Assembly (NCBI GenBank): GCA_963792585.1
Contig: CAWBWI010000003.1
Location: forward strand, 672,001 to 736,000
From: Candidatus Eiseniibacteriota bacterium
GTDB lineage: Bacteria > Eisenbacteria > RBG-16-71-46 > CAIMUX01 > VGJL01
Reading direction: 5' to 3'
DNA: 64,000 bases
Below the pieces are notes generated by a model, which was given only the letters and a program-made list of their open reading frames with translations, did no database searches and was not told where the DNA came from. Below are positions 58,824 through 64,000 of this stretch, one piece after another. The position numbers and the translations under genes are program-made. The stretch's first letter is position 1. Each line of letters opens with the position of its first letter.

Positions 58824-59902
58824 TGCGGGTTCTCCAGATCATCTCGCAGACCTTCATCGGGGGCGCCGAGAGCTTCGCCTATTCCATCTGCGCGGAACTC
58901 GCGCGGCGGGATCATCAGGTGCTGCTCCTGGCCAACCGGCTCAACGGGCCCCTCTTCGAGAAGCCGCGTCCGCCGGGAATGGAGGTGCGGGTCCTCGACC
59001 GCCACTCCCGGCTCGACCCGAAGATCGTCCCCTTCATCGCGGGGGCGATCCGCGAGTTCCGCCCGGACGTCTTCCACTCGCACAATTTCGAGACGAACAC
59101 CTGGGCGCGGACGATCGCCTGCTTCTTTCCCAACCTTCCCGTCGTCTGTCACGAGCACAGCGGGAAGAAGGCGGGACAGTCGTTCGATCGAATCTGGATG
59201 GATCGACTTCTCTATCCGCGGGCGTCGGCGGCGATCGTCTGCACGCCGCAGCTCGAGCAGTTGATGCACGAGCGCTATCATGTGCCGAGGAAGCGCCTGC
59301 ACTATCTCCAGAACGGAATCGAGGTCGATCTCTACACGCCCGATGGGACCGTCGAGCGGGATCCCATGGGGGTCGTCTGCGTGGCGGCCCTGACACCGGT
59401 CAAGAACCACGCCGGCCTGCTGAGGGCTTGGCACACGGTGGTGACGGGCCACCCGCGCGCCCGCCTGACCCTCGTGGGTGAAGGGGAGCTGAAGGCGGAA
59501 ATCGTCGAGCAGGTGCGCACGCTCGGGCTCGGCGAAAACGTGATCCTCACGGGAATGCAGAGGGATGTGAGACCCTATCTCTGGGGCGCCGGGACATTCG
59601 TCCTCTTCTCTCATACGGAGGGGGGGCCGATTTCCCTGCTCGAGGCGATGGCGGCGGAGTTAGCCTGCGTTGCCCCGGCCGTGGGCGAGATCCCCTCGAT
59701 GCTGGGCGACGGCGCGGCCGGTCGACTCGTTCCCCTCGAGGACGAGGCGGCGCTCGCGAGCACGCTGATGGACCTGCTGGAAAACCCCGGGGAGCGCGCG
59801 TCGATCGCGCGGCGGGGTCGGGAGGATGTCGTTGCGAAGTATTCCGTCGGCCGGTGTGTCGACGTCATCGAGAGGATCTACTCCGAGGTGATCAAACGAT
59901 GA
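58823..59902 (+). CDS. Glycosyltransferase family 4
   Basis: GGAE, NGI, KNH, EGGPISLLEAMA. Confidence 0.93.
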   Translation: MRVLQIISQTFIGGAESFAYSICAELARRDHQVLLLANRLNGPLFEKPRPPGMEVRVLDRHSRLDPKIVPFIAGAIREFRPDVFHSHNFETNTWARTIACFFPNLPVVCHEHSGKKAGQSFDRIWMDRLLYPRASAAIVCTPQLEQLMHERYHVPRKRLHYLQNGIEVDLYTPDGTVERDPMGVVCVAALTPVKNHAGLLRAWHTVVTGHPRARLTLVGEGELKAEIVEQVRTLGLGENVILTGMQRDVRPYLWGAGTFVLFSHTEGGPISLLEAMAAELACVAPAVGEIPSMLGDGAAGRLVPLEDEAALASTLMDLLENPGERASIARRGREDVVAKYSVGRCVDVIERIYSEVIKR

Positions 59903-60975
59903 AGATCGTCGCTGTAGGCGATATCGGACTTCACGGCAGCGCGGCGGAACTCACGCGGAGCGCTCCGGATCGCCTGCTCCATGGCACCCGCTCGCTCCTC
60001 CGGGCGGGCGATATCGTCTTCGGCAACCTGGAGATGCCGTTTGCGCCCGCGGGGTCCGCGTCGCCGGGGAAGCCCGATGTCGAGGACGCCGCTAGGCTCC
60101 TGAGAGAGTGGGGTTTCACCCACGTCTCCCTCGCCAACAATCATGCGATGGACGAAGGCGCGGAGGGGCTCATCGCCACGATGGAGGCTCTCCGATCGCA
60201 CGGCATCGTTCCCTTCGGCGCAGGCGCGGGAGAGGCGGAGGCGGAGCGGGCCGTGCTCATCGACGGCGATCCGCCGCTCGCGCTGATCGCCTATTCGATG
60301 CCCTGCAAGTCGAGCGCGATCGGTGCGCGAACGGGCTGCTCGCGTTTCGACGTCGACAAGGCCACCCGCGCGGTCCGAGACCTGCGCGATCGCGGCCGCA
60401 CGGTCATCGCGGTGCTGCACCTCGGGCGGATGTATCTCCGCAGGCCGAGTCCGGCGCACCGGCGGGCGGCCACCGCCGTCCTCGACGCCGGCGCGAGTCT
60501 CGTCGTCTGCCACCACGCGCACGTCCCGGCGGGGATGCTGGAGAAAGACGGTCGATTCGCCGCGATGGGGCTCGGGGATTTCGTTTTCGACGCATATACC
60601 GGGGAGATCCGCACGATCGTCGGGCGGCGCAGCCGTCGATTCGGGGTTCTGATCCGTGCGGAAATCGACGCCGGGGGCGCGATTCGTGCAGATCGCGAGG
60701 TCTTGGCGCTGCCGGACGTCGGCGGGCCCGAGAGGGCGCAAACCCCCGCCCCCGTCCTCCGCCGGTGGAAGGCCTGGGACAAGGAGTTGCGACTTCCGGA
60801 CGGTCTCTATGCCGCCTTGTACTACACTTTCGAGTTTCCTCGACTCCTCGTCTACGTTGGGCATGCAGCTTTTATCTACGCCTGCCGAGGTAATTGGAGG
60901 AACGTGTACGACTACACCCTGGGTCTGCTCGTCAAGCGACTGACTCGGGGAAAGCGCGCCCGGCGCACGGCATGA
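59899..60975 (+). CDS. CapA-family metallophosphatase-fold protein
   Basis: AVGDI, GNLE, SLANNH, LH.G, HHAH, GLGDF. Confidence 0.9.
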   Translation: MKIVAVGDIGLHGSAAELTRSAPDRLLHGTRSLLRAGDIVFGNLEMPFAPAGSASPGKPDVEDAARLLREWGFTHVSLANNHAMDEGAEGLIATMEALRSHGIVPFGAGAGEAEAERAVLIDGDPPLALIAYSMPCKSSAIGARTGCSRFDVDKATRAVRDLRDRGRTVIAVLHLGRMYLRRPSPAHRRAATAVLDAGASLVVCHHAHVPAGMLEKDGRFAAMGLGDFVFDAYTGEIRTIVGRRSRRFGVLIRAEIDAGGAIRADREVLALPDVGGPERAQTPAPVLRRWKAWDKELRLPDGLYAALYYTFEFPRLLVYVGHAAFIYACRGNWRNVYDYTLGLLVKRLTRGKRARRTA

Positions 60976-60997
60976 CATCCCGAAGGAAAGGACCATC

Positions 60998-63145
60998 ATG
61001 AGGATCCGCTTTGCGCTCGCCCTTCTGTTGCTGGTCGCGCTGGGTGCGGCGGTTCAACCATCCGCCGCCTACACCGTGCGCCCGACGCACCCGCGGCTGT
61101 TTCTGACCTCCGAGCAGCTCCCCGGCCTGCGGCAGCGTTGCGCGACGACCCATGCCGCGATCTTCGCCCCGCTGAAGAACCTCGCGGATCAGCGAATGCA
61201 GGAAGGGAGGAAGGACGCCCGCTATCTCACCGTCTTCACCTTCACCTGGCTCATGACGGAGCAGACGGTCTATCACGACTACGCGATCACGGCCGCGTTG
61301 GACTGCGCGGCCCACGGCGAGGAGACGGTGGGCGAGGGAAGCGCGCTCGGGCGCCTCTCGAGCCTCGCCCTCGCGTACGACTGGCTTTACAACGATATGA
61401 CCCCCACGCAGCGGATGACGATCGCAAACGCGCTCGTTCCCGGCGTACGCGACGACAAGCCGGTCTATGGCGAGCGCTATGCCTGGCTTCCGATCGACGA
61501 TTACTATTTCTATGCCCTCGCGATCTACGGCGATGGATATGCCGACGCGGACGCCGCCGCGGGATTCGACATCTCCTACCGTAGTTTCACCGAACGCTTC
61601 GTGCCCTCGCTCGACGAGGTCGGGACCTACGGTTCCGTGGACGGATACGGCGGCGTTCGGACGACCTTCATGTGGACCGTCGCCGAAATCTACCGCAGCG
61701 CCCTCGGCGAGGACTGGCCGAACCGCTCGGAGTTCATCAGGAACTCCGGCCAGTTCTGGATGAGTCGTCTGCGTGGGGACCTTCGCCTCACGCGCAATCC
61801 GGGCAAGTGGAACATGTCGGACACATCGAAGGCGCTCCTCTTCTCGTACTTCGCGACGGTGTTCAACAATCCGTACTGGCAGTCGCTCGCCAACACCTTC
61901 GTGGCCCGCACCGACACCTGGGACGCGCTCGACGCATGGCCGCTGATCGTCTGGTACAACCCTTCGCTACCCGCCGACGCCGTTCCCGACACCCTTTCCT
62001 ACCACTGCACCGGTTCGGGAATGACCTACATGCGCAACAACTGGGATTTCTCCCCCGGATCGACGACGGTGCATGCCGGCTTCTACAACGGGCCCGATCT
62101 CGTCCAGTCGTACACGCAGAACCACTTCGTCATCGCGCGCGGACAGGACAACCTGCTCATCGACAGCGGGGCCTATCACAGTGATCTGGACGACCACTAC
62201 TGGCCGTACTACGTTCGGGCGATCGCCCACAACGCCGTGCTCATCGACGATCCGACCGAGAGCTTGGGCAATTACATGAACTACCGGGAGCTCGTGCGCA
62301 CGGTTCCCGATGAGGGCGAGCAGATTCGAAGCGACATGGACGAGGGTCGGATCCGCTGGCCGCTGTCGGGAGGTTGCTACGGTTTCCGTGGGGAGATCAC
62401 CAACTTCCGCGACGCGGGCGACTATGTGTACGTGCGCGGCGACGCGACGTCGGCCTACCGCACGAAGACCTCACGGGTGGTGCGCGAGTTGGTCTACGTT
62501 CGGCCCGACATCTTCGTCGTGCGCGATCTCATCACCCGCAATCAGGCCGCATTCAAGACGAAGGCGGTCTTCCACATGATCGATCGGCCGGAGGCGGCGG
62601 GACCCTTCACGGTCGTCCGCGGCGATCTCGGGACCGGCGGGATCTTCCAATCCGCGGACACGCGCGAAGCGATGATCCGGCGCGGGGACAGTCAATGCGA
62701 GATCATCTTCGTGACGCCGCCCGCCGGGACAGGGGTCTTCCGCATCGTCGGCGGAGGAAACGCGTCCGGTCAGCCCTGGAAGCAAACCTGGGATTCGGGC
62801 GAGCCCCTGACCTACAGCGCATCGAGCTCCTACGAGTTCTGGGTGGACGATCGGAACTGGCCTCCCTGCGGGCAGTACTGCGGCCAGTCGAACATCGACG
62901 GACGCAACACGGACGAGGTGTCGAACGAGGCGGGGGACTGGCGCGTCGAGATCGAGGCCCCGAACACCGGGACCGAGGTCACCTTCCTGACGGTCATGCG
63001 CGTTGGAGCCCGCGGGGGCGCACCGATCGACGTCCGTCATCTCGAGACCGACACAGGCGATGCCGTGGCGATCGCGCGCGCTCCCGGGGACACGGTCGTG
63101 GTGGGATTCCGCAAGGGGACGGGACTGCCGGAAGTCCGCTACTGA
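60998..63145 (+). CDS. Secreted heparinase II/III-like polysaccharide lyase
   Basis: Signal peptide, HPRLF, ALAYDWLY, QNHFVI...LLIDSGAY, AHNAVLI, GDWRVEI. Confidence 0.8.
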   Translation: MRIRFALALLLLVALGAAVQPSAAYTVRPTHPRLFLTSEQLPGLRQRCATTHAAIFAPLKNLADQRMQEGRKDARYLTVFTFTWLMTEQTVYHDYAITAALDCAAHGEETVGEGSALGRLSSLALAYDWLYNDMTPTQRMTIANALVPGVRDDKPVYGERYAWLPIDDYYFYALAIYGDGYADADAAAGFDISYRSFTERFVPSLDEVGTYGSVDGYGGVRTTFMWTVAEIYRSALGEDWPNRSEFIRNSGQFWMSRLRGDLRLTRNPGKWNMSDTSKALLFSYFATVFNNPYWQSLANTFVARTDTWDALDAWPLIVWYNPSLPADAVPDTLSYHCTGSGMTYMRNNWDFSPGSTTVHAGFYNGPDLVQSYTQNHFVIARGQDNLLIDSGAYHSDLDDHYWPYYVRAIAHNAVLIDDPTESLGNYMNYRELVRTVPDEGEQIRSDMDEGRIRWPLSGGCYGFRGEITNFRDAGDYVYVRGDATSAYRTKTSRVVRELVYVRPDIFVVRDLITRNQAAFKTKAVFHMIDRPEAAGPFTVVRGDLGTGGIFQSADTREAMIRRGDSQCEIIFVTPPAGTGVFRIVGGGNASGQPWKQTWDSGEPLTYSASSSYEFWVDDRNWPPCGQYCGQSNIDGRNTDEVSNEAGDWRVEIEAPNTGTEVTFLTVMRVGARGGAPIDVRHLETDTGDAVAIARAPGDTVVVGFRKGTGLPEVRY

Positions 63146-63205
63146 TCCCCTCTGCCGCCTGCGTTATCTCTTCCCCGCGGGCGACGATCGCCCGCGGGGA
63201 TTCCG

Positions 63206-64000
63206 TTACCGGTCGCCGGAGCGGCCGTGCGGCAAGCTCCGCGGAATCGACCGGTACAGCTCCAGGATGTCGGCCCGTCCGATCGCGGCGAGGGCCGACC
63301 CGGCAAGGCAAAGCGCGCCGCCGACGATGCCCGCCACGATGACCCACAACAGCGATCCTCCATAGAGGGCGCGCGTGAAGTAGAGGAGAACCAATGCCGG
63401 CGTTCCGCCGGCGATGGCCCGGCCCATCAACAGGAACAGCTTCCCCATCGGCGGCAGGGCGCTGATCCGCCGCCCGGCGATGGGGCGGAGCAGCAGGTTC
63501 TTCGCCAGGAGCGCGATCGTGTTGCCGAGGGCGAAACCGAGGATGCCGAGGTGGAACGTCACGGCAAGCAGGAGGCTCACCCCCACGTTCCCCAGGGCGA
63601 CGACCAGATCGCCCGCCGACACCCACCCGATGTGGCCGCGCCCGGCGAGAACCGTCCAGACCGGCGCGAGACCGATCTCCAGAACCAGGGGCGCAAGAGA
63701 AGCGATCATGATGGGAAACGCCTGGAGGTATTCGGGCCCGACCCAGTTCGTGAGGAACAGATCGCCCAGCACGCAGGGAACCAGACAGACCGGCACGGCC
63801 AGCGTCGAGGTGATGGCGACGACCCTGCAGGTCGCGGCGCGCGTGCGCTCCTCGGGCGCCTCGGCCTCGAGCCGGGTGAAGAGCGGCGTGAGCGGCTCGA
63901 TCACCGAGAGCATGAAACCGCGGATCAGCGGCAGCCACCGCGCGCCGAGCGAATAGAGCGTCACCGCCGCCGTTCCGTAGATGCGTCCGATCAACAGGTT
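63206..64000 (-). CDS. Wzx/MATE-type polysaccharide flippase, 3' part (5' end off the window)
   Basis: LLIGRIYGTAAVTLYS...FLTNWVGPEY...GILGFALG pattern with multiple TM helices. Confidence 0.82.
   Translation of the reverse strand, partial: NLLIGRIYGTAAVTLYSLGARWLPLIRGFMLSVIEPLTPLFTRLEAEAPEERTRAATCRVVAITSTLAVPVCLVPCVLGDLFLTNWVGPEYLQAFPIMIASLAPLVLEIGLAPVWTVLAGRGHIGWVSAGDLVVALGNVGVSLLLAVTFHLGILGFALGNTIALLAKNLLLRPIAGRRISALPPMGKLFLLMGRAIAGGTPALVLLYFTRALYGGSLLWVIVAGIVGGALCLAGSALAAIGRADILELYRSIPRSLPHGRSGDR

Overview
GC-rich bacterial DNA. A secreted-protein N-terminal domain and an FlgD-Ig tail suggest Candidatus Eisenbacteria or a related FCB-group lineage (inference). Roughly the left 51.8 kb looks like a genomic island inserted into comM: a large serine recombinase abuts a comM gene cut at its AMNP|CPCG motif, and the 3' half of comM is not in the window. 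Island cargo includes a partly decayed sigma-54 operon with an RND efflux pump, a TM0106-type nuclease, a 14-repeat FG-GAP surface protein, a small tyrosine recombinase next to a candidate invertible DNA switch, four secreted Cys-rich mini-proteins all ending in CP followed by a radical SAM/SPASM enzyme and a partner gene, a divergent kinase-TPR / degenerate sigma-54 activator pair, and a VirD4/TraD-like ATPase with a nuclease-like tail. The best candidate for a new system is a tight operon of a divergent bacterial gasdermin-like protein, a cytoplasmic M4/thermolysin-like metalloprotease and an MBL-fold hydrolase (32226-36008), followed by a PD-(D/E)xK nuclease gene pair. The right end (53-64 kb) is host backbone: an S46 dipeptidyl peptidase and a surface polysaccharide locus. 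All family calls come from reading motifs by eye; no database searches were run.
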